A DNA stretch of 26,294 bases from a virus (IMGVR_UViG_2695420728_000009:1-26294), one strand, 5' to 3'. Counted from the first letter of the stretch, positions 7,745 through 16,469 are shown. Numbers and translations: made by a program. Notes: generated from the sequence alone by a model not told the origin.

Positions 7745-7998
7745 GCTGCCTGCTCTCCGGACTTAATATTGATTGTTGTCACTTCCTCCGCTTCAGCAAT
7801 CTCCCGTTCGGTCAGCGTGGCAAAGTTTGCAGCCGCCGTTGTCATGAATGCGCTTATCAGTTCGGGATGTGCTTTCGCGTATCCTTCCCCGGCGTTGCGG
7901 TCTATTGCCTTAATCGCCACCCTTAGCCAGTGTTCAGCCATATCAAGGGCGCGGTAATGTGGCTTTATATGTTTGTTCAGTTTTCCTGATGTGTGCAT
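7741..7998 (-). CDS. Hypothetical protein (85 aa), translationally coupled to ssb
   Basis: ORF overlaps the ssb start by 4 nt in the same operon; no family recognised. Confidence 0.45.
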   Translation of the reverse strand: MHTSGKLNKHIKPHYRALDMAEHWLRVAIKAIDRNAGEGYAKAHPELISAFMTTAAANFATLTEREIAEAEEVTTINIKSGEQAA

Positions 7999-8043
7999 TT
8001 TTATTTTTACCCCCTCGTTTAAAAAGTTTTTTGTGCACCACCA

Positions 8044-8274
8044 CCTTGTCTACCTTGTCTACCTGATTAGTTATCAGGCCAGTAATGGCGCGGGTTTCAG
8101 GGAGGTAGACAGCCCCAAATAGCTGTCTACCTCATCTCTACCCGTCTCCTTACCTGTCTACAAAAATGGGTAGATAAGGTAGATAACAGGTAGACAGTGA
8201 AAAATAGTTATCTACCTGCATTAATACATTGAAATAAAAGTATTTTCTTTCAGTCAGGTAGACAAGGTAGATAA
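8044..8274. repeat. Iteron array, GGTAGA(C/T)A in both orientations (10 or more copies); putative satellite origin of replication
   Basis: Copies of TGTCTACC / GGTAGACA / GGTAGATA at ~8046, 8055, 8103, 8123, 8153, 8169, 8178, 8190, 8208, 8257 and 8266, in a non-coding stretch immediately 3' of the primase-helicase gene. Confidence 0.7.
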
Positions 8275-8287
8275 CCATTGCCATTTT

Positions 8288-10039
8288 TTATAAAAACGCA
8301 TCGCAATCATCAGTAGTCGTTGCGTTGGTCTGCGTGACTCCCTTAACTTTTCGCGTAATATATTCATATCCGTAAACTTTCGCCGCTGACCTCATAGCCT
8401 TTCCGAACTCATTCACGCTCAAACATTTCCCCTTTCCTGTGTATGCCATGAAGGCCATATAGACACGGTAAAGGCTGTTTCTGGTCGTGTACTTCACGGT
8501 GTCACCACCACCGCCCATCATTAGCCCACGAGCTTCCTCCAGAAACTCCAGCGCCGCGCAAAGCTCAACAACCGGATCCGTTTGCTGCTTTATTGCCAGA
8601 GCTTCATCACCGTCACGCTGTTCCAGTAATAAAGCCCGTGCCTTTTCAGGGGCAGCAAAATTAGCCAGCAAGCGGCGGATAATTACGGGGATTTCTGCCG
8701 CTATCTTTTCCGGTAATTCCTTGTCTTTTTCGTCCTCCCTTACAATGTTGTCGAACCGGAAAATCACCCGACGGCGTGACACACCTCCGGCCCGTTCGGT
8801 AAAGATCATCGGGTCGTTATTGGTTGCCAGTACCACCGCCCTTATTATCGTCGTGAATCGCTTCTCATATTTCGGGTTAATTTCAACGGGATCGCCTCCC
8901 GTGATTTTCTTGATGCCCGTGCCTTCCCCCGTATATTTCGGCTGATCGGCAAGGACGATAAGACGACTCCCGACAACCTGCGCGCGCCCTCCTGCATCAT
9001 CGAGTGATGTCATCTCCGCGCTTACGGTGTTCTGTTTGCCAGCAAGCAGGGTGGCAATATGGGTAAATGTACTCTTACCGCTTCCCCCGTCTCCGGTGGC
9101 CTCAATGAACATCTGCCAGTCGTAGCGGTTCGCCATAATCATGTATAACGCGGCACATATACGCATCATCTTACGCGGGTCTTTTCTTGCAGCATGTTCA
9201 AGCCATTTATGGAAATTTGGCGCATTATCGCGGATGTTTTCCCCTGCTACTGGTGGCGTGTACTCAATGCCATTGTGCGTGGTGCTCCAGTGCTCCGGCG
9301 AGTGCGGAGAAAATTCCCCCGTTTTCAGGTTAAGCACACCATTAGTGAACGGTAGCAAATCACCGGACGGCTCCCCCATGGGGTCGGCAATAACTTTTAA
9401 CGCTTCCACGGCGTTATTGATTACACGTTTGCTGAACGTGGCCCTGTGCTCTGAATAGATCGCCACCATTTCGCGGCTCAGCTCCATTGTGCTGACCGGA
9501 CACCATACCCCGCCGCGCCATACGTGGACGATTTCACTTTCTGCATGAACACACACACCATCAAAGCGATCGGCAAGTAGTTGTGCACGTTCACTGTCTG
9601 CCATCTGTGAAAGTTGCGCCTTTTGCTTCGTCGGAAGATTAAGCACCAGACTTTCCCCACGCTCGCATTCCTCTTTGAGTCGCGGCAACTGCTCGGATAA
9701 ATCCACTGGGCTGGTGTCAGTAATCCCCGCGTATTCGTGTACGGTCTTCACTCCAGCCACAGCCAGTAACGTAACAATCTGCGTCATGCTGTGCTCTGTG
9801 ATATGTCCTGCGCGGTAAACACGCACACACTGACGATCTTCATCAATGATCCGGTAATCGGTGATATTTTTCAGTTGCTCATCAGCCAGCACGACAGGCG
9901 GCACATCGTCGGCGGCAATATGTTTACCCGCCCATTCCCGCCACTCTTTCGCATGGCTCCACGCATCACTACCTGCAAAGATGATTACCTCTGTCAGTCT
10001 GTCGCGTGGCTGTTTTTTTAAGTTCGGTGCCAGTTTCAT
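8288..10039 (-). CDS. Replication initiation protein: primase-helicase (P4 alpha-like C-terminal / D5_N-SF3 helicase type)
   Basis: 583-aa ORF with Walker A EATGDGGSGKST and the overall pattern of phage/plasmid primase P4-family C-terminal domains; N-terminal region resembles a toprim-like domain. Confidence 0.85.
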   Translation of the reverse strand: MKLAPNLKKQPRDRLTEVIIFAGSDAWSHAKEWREWAGKHIAADDVPPVVLADEQLKNITDYRIIDEDRQCVRVYRAGHITEHSMTQIVTLLAVAGVKTVHEYAGITDTSPVDLSEQLPRLKEECERGESLVLNLPTKQKAQLSQMADSERAQLLADRFDGVCVHAESEIVHVWRGGVWCPVSTMELSREMVAIYSEHRATFSKRVINNAVEALKVIADPMGEPSGDLLPFTNGVLNLKTGEFSPHSPEHWSTTHNGIEYTPPVAGENIRDNAPNFHKWLEHAARKDPRKMMRICAALYMIMANRYDWQMFIEATGDGGSGKSTFTHIATLLAGKQNTVSAEMTSLDDAGGRAQVVGSRLIVLADQPKYTGEGTGIKKITGGDPVEINPKYEKRFTTIIRAVVLATNNDPMIFTERAGGVSRRRVIFRFDNIVREDEKDKELPEKIAAEIPVIIRRLLANFAAPEKARALLLEQRDGDEALAIKQQTDPVVELCAALEFLEEARGLMMGGGGDTVKYTTRNSLYRVYMAFMAYTGKGKCLSVNEFGKAMRSAAKVYGYEYITRKVKGVTQTNATTTDDCDAFL

Positions 10040-10335
10040 TTTTTGCCCCTGAATGCGTTAATCATGCTTTTCATTTTCTGGATGTTTCCCCGCGCTTTTT
10101 CCCTGCTGATGGGCTTACTGCGGGGTGCGGCATATACCAGGGAAAAATCACGCCGGAACTGATAAACAGGCATCACGCAGTCATAGCTATACCCCTCACG
10201 GCGGTAAGTGATGCGCCGTTCTGCCACGCCTTTAATCGTTACCGTGCCGCCGTATTTATCGCGGTAAATATCGCCGTTCATAAATTCAGGCCGAGCGGGG
10301 CCGCTGGCAATAAAGCCAGAATTTTTCATTTCCAT
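10036..10335 (-). CDS. Hypothetical protein (99 aa), coupled to the primase-helicase gene
   Basis: 4-nt overlap with the primase start, same strand; no family recognised. Confidence 0.5.
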   Translation of the reverse strand: MEMKNSGFIASGPARPEFMNGDIYRDKYGGTVTIKGVAERRITYRREGYSYDCVMPVYQFRRDFSLVYAAPRSKPISREKARGNIQKMKSMINAFRGKK

Positions 10336-10352
10336 ATTATTTATTCCTCGAC

Positions 10353-10574
10353 TTAACTCGACTTATTTGATAGCAGGGCACTATTTATTGCGTCATTGAG
10401 TTTTTCTGCTGATTCATCAATAAGTGACAACAGGCCATAAGCAATATTTGCATCTTCATTGTCATTTATGCAATCAAGCCACATATTTAATATTGCTTTT
10501 GCTGAATTATTTAAAGTTAATGAACTTTCTGCACATGCTAACAATTTAAAAAAGACTTCCCGTTCTGTATTCAT
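10353..10574 (-). CDS. Hypothetical small protein (73 aa), AT-rich
   Basis: Compact in-operon ORF; no recognisable motif. Confidence 0.4.
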   Translation of the reverse strand: MNTEREVFFKLLACAESSLTLNNSAKAILNMWLDCINDNEDANIAYGLLSLIDESAEKLNDAINSALLSNKSS

Positions 10575-10766
10575 TTAATCCCCCACCAGCTTACTTTCTT
10601 CCTCAATCAGGAAACTAGCGACACTTCCCGAAAGGCGCGCCAGTAGGCTCGCCAGCGCGGATATATCAGCATCTGTAATTTTGTTCGGGTATACCTCAAG
10701 AAGGCGGCAAATAATTTCTGTCTGGTGCGCACGTTCAGCGGCTTCGTGTAATGTGATTTCCTGCAT
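10575..10766 (-). CDS. Hypothetical small protein (63 aa)
   Basis: Abuts the neighbouring ORFs with no gap; no recognisable motif. Confidence 0.4.
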   Translation of the reverse strand: MQEITLHEAAERAHQTEIICRLLEVYPNKITDADISALASLLARLSGSVASFLIEEESKLVGD

Positions 10767-10951
10767 TAATGCACCTCTTTTAATTCATACACTGCTGAAA
10801 TAATGACTTGTGATAAGCCATATTCTGATGATTCGCTTCTCACCGCAGCAATAGCCGTCTGAACATTAACAGCCTTCACGTTCTGAGTGATACCAATTGT
10901 GTGGCCCAGTGGGTTAACAGCTCGGGCAAATACACGGAAGGTTTTAAGCAC
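10766..10951 (-). CDS. Hypothetical small protein (61 aa)
   Basis: Tightly packed in the same operon; no recognisable motif. Confidence 0.35.
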   Translation of the reverse strand: MLKTFRVFARAVNPLGHTIGITQNVKAVNVQTAIAAVRSESSEYGLSQVIISAVYELKEVH

Positions 10952-11207
10952 GGCACACCTCCTGACGAATACGGGCGGCGAATATCATCACGTAGCCAGT
11001 TGGGGATTGCTGGCGGGCTTCCTGTTCGCTGGCGGCCTCGATGTGTATTACGCGTGGTTGTGCGGTGCTCAGGGCGATAAAACGCCAGATGTATTTATTC
11101 AGGTTGTGCGAATCCCGCCCTTGCGGGTGTGTGGTATGATTTCTCATAGCTACCTCGATACTGTTGCTATCGTTGGTGGTTAGACGCCCTGTATGTGTTG
11201 CGAGCAC
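10944..11207 (-). CDS. Hypothetical protein (87 aa or shorter), first gene of the leftward operon
   Basis: ORF begins just downstream of the divergent promoter region 11208..11286; an internal start (MRNHTTHP...) is possible. Confidence 0.35.
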   Translation of the reverse strand: MLATHTGRLTTNDSNSIEVAMRNHTTHPQGRDSHNLNKYIWRFIALSTAQPRVIHIEAASEQEARQQSPTGYVMIFAARIRQEVCRA

Positions 11208-11243
11208 TGCAGGGCGTTGTTATATAGCAATAAAACATGATAA

Positions 11244-11286
11244 GGTGTGTACCTATCAAGAATCATACTAAGCAATAGGTACACAC
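11244..11286. promoter_or_regulatory. Perfect 12-bp inverted repeat (GTGTGTACCTAT ... ATAGGTACACAC) in the divergent promoter region; candidate operator
   Basis: Arms at 11245..11256 and 11275..11286 separated by 18 bp; the right arm ends at the ATG of the RHH gene and overlaps its ribosome-binding site. Confidence 0.45.
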
Positions 11287-11481
11287 ATGTCAACTATCAT
11301 TCAACGTGATAAACAACCGAAAGGTGCAGGTAAAGCACCAGCATTCCAAGTCCGTATTAACCCAGAATTAAAAGAACAAATGGTTAATGTCGCTGCCAAA
11401 GAAGGGATGAGCTTAGGTAACTGGCTAAAAGAACTGGCTCGTGCCGAACTAATAAAACAAGGAATAACACCTAAAGGCTGA
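11287..11481 (+). CDS. Small ribbon-helix-helix-like DNA-binding protein (YlcI/YnfO-like pattern)
   Basis: 64-aa ORF; FQVRINPELKEQMVNVAAKEGMSLGNWLKELARAEL fits a beta-strand-helix-helix (Arc/MetJ-like) pattern and resembles the helper moron 21105..21338 (IRFPNQMIEQINIALDQKGYGNFSAWVIEACRRRL). Confidence 0.55.
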   Translation: MSTIIQRDKQPKGAGKAPAFQVRINPELKEQMVNVAAKEGMSLGNWLKELARAELIKQGITPKG

Positions 11482-11504
11482 TAATTTGCATAAAGGATTC
11501 TTCT

Positions 11505-12854
11505 ATGACAACAAGTCACAAAATGCTAGAAATCAGTAAAGAACAATTTGATGTATTTTTCTATGGTCGTACACCATACGTAAAAACCTTTTCGGAGGAA
11601 ATCTGTTGGTTCAAATTTATAAAGGATGATGTCACGATCTTAGCAACAATTGTTTTTTGTAAAATAGATAATGATTACAACGCTATATTTCTAGGTAGGG
11701 ATTTAGATAAAAAATTTAGAGCGATTAAAGTAATTGTATCCCGTGAATCTAAAGATGATTTAATTACTGATATGGAAAAAGCCATACCAGAGCTATTATC
11801 ACTACACAAGAACGGTTGTTTTATACAGGGTGACGAATCAGAGTCGGCATTTTCAATATTCCTAGCCAAAGTTCCAGAACATAAAAAAAACGTTTATCTA
11901 AGAATGCTACTTGAGGAACCCAAACACTATCCTGCATTTATTGTTATGCAAGAGTTAGCTTATTGGTGTAAAGATCCTGATGGAATATTCATCAGAGATT
12001 TCCAGAGTGCTTCATTTAACTCTCGCTTATTCGAACTTTATCTAAACGCAGTTTTCTACGAAATGGATTTCGTAATATGCAGAGATTATGCTCAACCTGA
12101 TTATATTATCTCAAAAAATGGCATTGATATTGCTGTAGAAGCTGCCACAGTTGCAGAACAAGAGGAACCTACCGAGAAATTGATACTTGATCATGAGGCA
12201 GTAGAAGATCTTCAGAGATATGTAAAAGAACAAATGCCATTCAAATTTGCCCGCACTCTATTAAAGAAAGTTAGGCATAAACCTGAACCCTTAAAATTAT
12301 GCTATTGGGAACTAGATCATACAAAAGGAAAGCCTTTCATTATTGCTTTACACGATTACTCACGCAGATTTTCGATGAGTATATCAATGCCAGCACTACA
12401 AAGCTATCTGTATGGTGTAGATATGGATTCTGGAAGTAAAATTGAACAACATTTATTTGAAAATCGAAGTATACAATCTAATTTTTTCGGCTCTAATAAA
12501 AATGAGAATGTCTCAGCCATATTACTTGCGACACATGCCACCATCCCAAAATTTGATAGGATGGGAGTAGTGGCAGGGATTGAACAAAAAAATGTCAAAT
12601 CCATCGTTAGAGGTATTAAAACTGATGAAGGCTGTACCCCAATGCCTTTTACTGCTCTTGTCAATGCACCTTCATATCAAGAACCATGGTGTACAGCAAT
12701 ATACATGTTTCATAATCCGAAGGCATTAAATCCTATACGCCCTGAATTATTCCCAAGAGTTATTCATATTTTTGAAGAAGATGGAGAAATAGTTCAATAC
12801 TTACCACCTAATTATATAATCTCATCAACTACGCACGTATTTGAATTTAAGTGA
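11505..12854 (+). CDS. Large unknown protein (449 aa), AT-rich cargo; candidate defence or toxin effector
   Basis: Long clean ORF 23 bp downstream of the RHH gene; very low GC compared with flanking satellite genes. No family recognised by eye; a weak PD-(D/E)xK-like stretch (QPDYIISKNGIDIAVEAA) is noted without confidence. Confidence 0.7.
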   Translation: MTTSHKMLEISKEQFDVFFYGRTPYVKTFSEEICWFKFIKDDVTILATIVFCKIDNDYNAIFLGRDLDKKFRAIKVIVSRESKDDLITDMEKAIPELLSLHKNGCFIQGDESESAFSIFLAKVPEHKKNVYLRMLLEEPKHYPAFIVMQELAYWCKDPDGIFIRDFQSASFNSRLFELYLNAVFYEMDFVICRDYAQPDYIISKNGIDIAVEAATVAEQEEPTEKLILDHEAVEDLQRYVKEQMPFKFARTLLKKVRHKPEPLKLCYWELDHTKGKPFIIALHDYSRRFSMSISMPALQSYLYGVDMDSGSKIEQHLFENRSIQSNFFGSNKNENVSAILLATHATIPKFDRMGVVAGIEQKNVKSIVRGIKTDEGCTPMPFTALVNAPSYQEPWCTAIYMFHNPKALNPIRPELFPRVIHIFEEDGEIVQYLPPNYIISSTTHVFEFK

Positions 12855-12859
12855 TTTCA

Positions 12860-12886
12860 AATCCTATGGGTTTACCCCATAGGATT
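12860..12886. terminator. 11-bp perfect-stem hairpin between convergent genes (449-aa cargo and alpA)
   Basis: AATCCTATGGG-TTTA-CCCATAGGATT at 12860..12886, 6 bp after the cargo stop codon. Confidence 0.5.
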
Positions 12887-12905
12887 ACATCCACTGTCTA
12901 AATTC

Positions 12906-13127
12906 TTACCACTCTCCCCTAATCCATGCCTGCACTTCTGAAAGACGATATGCAACAGCAGTGGAACCAATCTTGATCCGCTTAGGAAATTTTCCTTCCT
13001 TCTCCAGCTTCCAGCGTGTGCTGTTCGCAAGAGTGGTTAGCTCCCGACATTCTTTCTCACGGATCATACGATCGATATTAGGAATGTACTCCAGACCCTT
13101 TTTATCGACAATTGCCATTTTTTTCAT
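12906..13127 (-). CDS. alpA: AlpA-family transcriptional regulator / excisionase-like protein
   Basis: 73-aa ORF; RELTTLANSTRWKLEKEGKFPKRIKIGSTAVAYRLSEVQAWI matches the AlpA HTH signature; immediately downstream of int on the same strand. Confidence 0.85.
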   Translation of the reverse strand: MKKMAIVDKKGLEYIPNIDRMIREKECRELTTLANSTRWKLEKEGKFPKRIKIGSTAVAYRLSEVQAWIRGEW

Positions 13128-13128
13128 G

Positions 13129-14364
13129 TTAACCAGCCTTTTGTTTGAGGATTGTCACTTTTGAATCAGCACCTGCGATGCTATTGAGATATGTAGTCCA
13201 GAGTTCCAGAGCATCCAGTTTTTTAGCCATAAACTTACTCCGGTTGTAAACACCTGCCACGCCAGGTAGCGCATGGCCTAACAGTTGTTCTACTACATAA
13301 AATTCAACACCGAGATCACTTAGATGAGTAGATAGCGTTCTTCTAAGGTCGTGTAGTGACCATTGTTTTTCATGGCCCAAACGTTTACCGATTTTCCCCC
13401 CAATCTTGCTTACGCTTTCTCTAATTCGCAGACTTCCCAGCACATAACCAGTATGTTTTGTCTCTTCGTGAACATCCGTTACCCACTGTCGTAGAATTTC
13501 AGGTACTGGTCTGACGATTTCAACACCAGTTTTTGAGTGATCTTTTGGTACAGTCCAAACCCAACTTTCGAGATCCCATTCGCTCCATTCTGATAATCGG
13601 GCTTCACTCATTCGACATCCAAATACTGTACAAAGCACAAACATTTTTCGCGTGTATTCAGACATTAGTTTTAAATCAGGCTCGACAAAAATTGCCTTCC
13701 AGAGCTGGCCGAGTTCGGCTTCATCCAGAACCCGATCCCGCTTACCTGCAATCTGCCCCACATCACTCATGCGCAAATCCTTTAAAGCATCACACGTCGC
13801 GTACTGGCGTACCCGACAAAAACGAAGAGCTAATTTAGTGTCAGAAAAAACATACGCCGCCATAACTGGTGCATTACGTTTAATTCGGTCAAAACAGTCC
13901 AGCCATTCATATAGGTGAGTGTCATTTACGGGCAAATGACCGATATAGGGAAAGATATGCTTTCGAAATCTGCCAAGCGTTACAGCATGAGTTTTACGAC
14001 GCACCTTACAGTAATTTTCATACCAGTAATTTAGTGCATCCTCCACTGTGACCGGCTTTAAGCGTTCTTCAGCCTGAATCTTAATCTGGATACGCGGATC
14101 ACGTTTGTCAGCCAACCAACCACGGCACTCGTCGCGCTTTTCCCTTGCCTGTTTGAGTGACATATCAGGATATTTACCCAACGTTAGCCAGACCGGAGCA
14201 GCCCGGCCACCTGCTAACCTGTAGAAGAAAACAAAGCTCACAGCCCCTTTAGTACTCACACGAATAGAAAGCCCCTTTCCATCAGCAATGGTGATCTGCT
14301 TTTCTCTGGGTTTCCCCAGATATCCTTTAAGCGCTTTGTCGCTCAGTTTGTTCTCGCCAGCCAT
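13129..14364 (-). CDS. int: Tyrosine site-specific integrase (P4-type)
   Basis: N-terminus MAGENKLSDKALKGYLGKPREKQITIADGKGLSIRVSTKG... typical of the P4-integrase N-terminal domain; C-terminal catalytic region with HDLRRT and LLGH motifs and a Tyr-containing tail. Start set at ATG 14362..14364; the 17 upstream codons are extension. Confidence 0.9.
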   Translation of the reverse strand: MAGENKLSDKALKGYLGKPREKQITIADGKGLSIRVSTKGAVSFVFFYRLAGGRAAPVWLTLGKYPDMSLKQAREKRDECRGWLADKRDPRIQIKIQAEERLKPVTVEDALNYWYENYCKVRRKTHAVTLGRFRKHIFPYIGHLPVNDTHLYEWLDCFDRIKRNAPVMAAYVFSDTKLALRFCRVRQYATCDALKDLRMSDVGQIAGKRDRVLDEAELGQLWKAIFVEPDLKLMSEYTRKMFVLCTVFGCRMSEARLSEWSEWDLESWVWTVPKDHSKTGVEIVRPVPEILRQWVTDVHEETKHTGYVLGSLRIRESVSKIGGKIGKRLGHEKQWSLHDLRRTLSTHLSDLGVEFYVVEQLLGHALPGVAGVYNRSKFMAKKLDALELWTTYLNSIAGADSKVTILKQKAG

Positions 14365-14379
14365 TTTTAGCCCCAAAAA

Positions 14380-14399
14380 GCAATACAAGCTGCAATACA
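14380..14399 (+). promoter_or_regulatory. Second tandem pair of GCAATACA motifs (12-bp period); candidate integrase arm-type sites / int promoter region
   Basis: GCAATACA at 14380..14387 and TGCAATACA at 14391..14399; same motif, spacing and orientation as the pair at 3425..3445. Confidence 0.35.
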
Positions 14400-14526
14400 G
14401 AGATGATTGCAACACACAGATAACGAGGAAAATTCAGTGAAAGCACCAGATAAACTTATTCTTTATTATCAAAAGATTAAGTGTAAAAACCAGCAACTAC
14501 ACGAAAGCCTCAGAAAGCCATGCTAA

Positions 14527-14772
14527 GTGCTTCGGCTTGACATATCCCGGTGTAAATTCAGAGGTGGAGCCGCCACGGGAGCGGATAACCTCACCGGAAA
14601 CAATCGGCGAAACGTACAGCGCCATGTTTACCAGTCCCGGAATTTGTGAGAGATAGACTTTCTCCGTGGTGAAGGGATAGCTCTCACGGAAAAAGAGACG
14701 CAGAAACAGCGGATCAAACTTAAATTTCTTCTCATTTGCCGCCAGCAGCTGGGCGGTTGTGTACATCGACAT
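14527..14772 (-). pseudogene. E: 5' fragment of major capsid gene E (codons 1-82), truncated by the element
   Basis: From ATG 14770..14772: MSMYTTAQLLAANEKKFKFDPLFLRLFFRESYPFTTEKVYLSQIPGLVNMALYVSPIVSGEVIRSRGGSTSEFTPGYVKPKH matches the lambda gpE N-terminus, then reads into element sequence (LAWLSEAFV, stop at 14497). Confidence 0.9.
14528..14537. repeat. Right copy of the 10-bp direct repeat TGCTTCGGCT (attR-type core)
   Basis: Exact match to 3339..3348; E homology ends at 14527. Confidence 0.75.
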
Positions 14773-14827
14773 AAAAAAATCCCGTAAAAAAAGCCGCACA
14801 GGCGGCCTTTAGTGATGAAGGGTAAGG

Positions 14828-15160
14828 TTAAACGATGCTGATTGCCGTTCCGGCAAACGCGGTCCGTTTTTTCGTCTCGTCGCTGGCAGCCTCCGGCCAG
14901 AGCACATCCTCATAACGGAACGTGCCGGACTTGTAGAACGTCAGCGTGGTGCTGGTCTGGTCAGCATCAACCGCCAGAATGCCAACGGCAGTACCGTCGG
15001 TGGTGCCATCCCACGCAACCAGCTTACGGGTGGAGGTGTCCAGCATCAGCGGGGTCATTGCAGGCGCTTTCGCACTCAATCCGCCGGGCGCGGTTGCCGT
15101 ATGTGCCGGGTCACTGTTGCCCAGCGGCTGGTAATGGGTAAAGGTTTCTTTGCTCGTCAT
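14828..15160 (-). CDS. D: Head decoration protein D
   Basis: Matches lambda gpD ([12 protein letters not shown]...AGTAISIV, 110 aa); start at the third ATG of the called ORF. Confidence 0.93.
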   Translation of the reverse strand: MTSKETFTHYQPLGNSDPAHTATAPGGLSAKAPAMTPLMLDTSTRKLVAWDGTTDGTAVGILAVDADQTSTTLTFYKSGTFRYEDVLWPEAASDETKKRTAFAGTAISIV

Positions 15161-15169
15161 AAACATCCC

Positions 15170-16469
15170 TTACACTGGTGTGTTCAGCAAATCGTTAACG
15201 GCATCAGATGCCGGGTTACCTGCAGCCAGCGGTGCCGGTGCCCCCTGCATCAGACGATCCAGCGCAGTGTCACTGCGCGCCTGTGCACTCTGTGGTGCAG
15301 CTGCCAGAATGCGGCGGGCCGTTTCCACGGTCATACCGGGGGTTTCTGCCAGCACGCGGGCCTGTTCTTCGCGTCCGTGAGCCTCCTCACAGTTGAGGAT
15401 CCCCATAATGCGGCTATTTTCTGCCGCAACCGCAGCGGTGATCTGCGCGTTCACGTCCGGCTGCGCCGCGCTGGCGTTTTCGCCCTCCGTCGCTGGCACC
15501 ACGTCAGTAACGTCAGTCTGCGAAGCAGTGGCTGAAACAGTTGTTGATTGAGTCTCTTTGGTCATTCGTCCTCCTGAGAGACGGGATTTACGCGCATCCA
15601 GTGCATCACGCATGACGGTGATCGCATCGGTGCTGTTAACAAGTTCATCAGCCAGTCCGGCATCAATGGCCTCCTGACCGCTGTACACTGCAGCCTCGGT
15701 ATCCAGCACAGCCTGCACAGACAGGCCGGTATATGCCGACACCTTCTGCGCAAACATCTGGCGGGTTGCGTCCATCCGGGACTGCAGTGTCTCCCGGACG
15801 TCATCCGGAAGATGGCTGTAGGGATTGCCATCCACCTTATGGCTGCCGCTGTAAATCAGCGTGATTTCCACACCCTGTTTCTCCAGGGCAGCACCGTAAT
15901 TACTGTGAGCCATCATGACGCCGATGGAGCCTGTCCGGGCGGTCTGCGTGACCAGACGCCGGGAGGCGGCACTGGCAAGCAGCTGACCTGCACTGCAGTT
16001 CATGTCGTTGGCCAGCGCCCATACCGGTTTTATGTCTCGCACACGGGCGATGATGTCAGCGCAGTCAAATGCCCCCGCCACCATTCCGCCTGGCGTGTCC
16101 ATATCGAGCAGAATGCCGTCCACCATCGGGTCGCTGGCAGCCTGTTGCAGACGGGCGATAATGCCGTTGTAACCGGTCATCCCCGAGTACGGCTGCAGCG
16201 CCCGCGTCCGGCTGACCAGCGTGCCGGACACCGGCAGCACGGCGATGCCGTTCATGACCTGATAACTGCGGGCCTGTCGTGGTCCGTCATCATCACCGGA
16301 TAATGCCAGCGTCGCGAGTGCCTCCTGGGCAGTCAGGCTGTCGCCGGACACCGCATCCGTCAGGCGGCTGATCCCAAGCTGGCCTGCAAGCGCACAAAAG
16401 AAAACCCGCGCATAGGCGGGTTCAAGCATCAGCGGCTCATTAAAGGCCATGCTGGCAATATGCGGGAGA

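Larger units (their letters stand above)
3349..14527. mobile_element. Integrative phage-satellite / PICI-like element (~11.2 kb) inserted in helper capsid gene E
   Basis: Bounded by 10-bp direct repeats. Contains a P4-type tyrosine integrase beside one end, AlpA, primase-helicase, iteron origin, SSB, capsid and decoration homologues, a Nu1-like TerS with cos, and AT-rich cargo genes. No tail, portal or large-terminase genes. Confidence 0.8.

Noticed and set aside
8044-8274. Possible CRISPR array
   Set aside because: Repeat units are only 8-9 bp, occur in both orientations with irregular spacing and no spacer structure; this is an iteron-type origin, not CRISPR.
13129-14415. Extended integrase start (MLQSSLYCSLYCFLGLK...)
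   Set aside because: P4-type integrases begin near the M-x-x-x-x-L-S/T-D-K motif. The ATG at 14362..14364 gives MAGENKLSDK; the upstream 17 codons are unlikely to be translated.
3349-14527. tRNA or tmRNA gene as the integration target of the satellite
   Set aside because: No tRNA-like sequence is present at either junction; both junctions fall inside E coding sequence.
14497-14799. 100-aa ORF MRLFLRDFFMSMYTT... as an intact gene
   Set aside because: It is the truncated E 5' fragment with a spurious upstream extension and a short read-through tail (LAWLSEAFV) into element DNA, not an independent gene.
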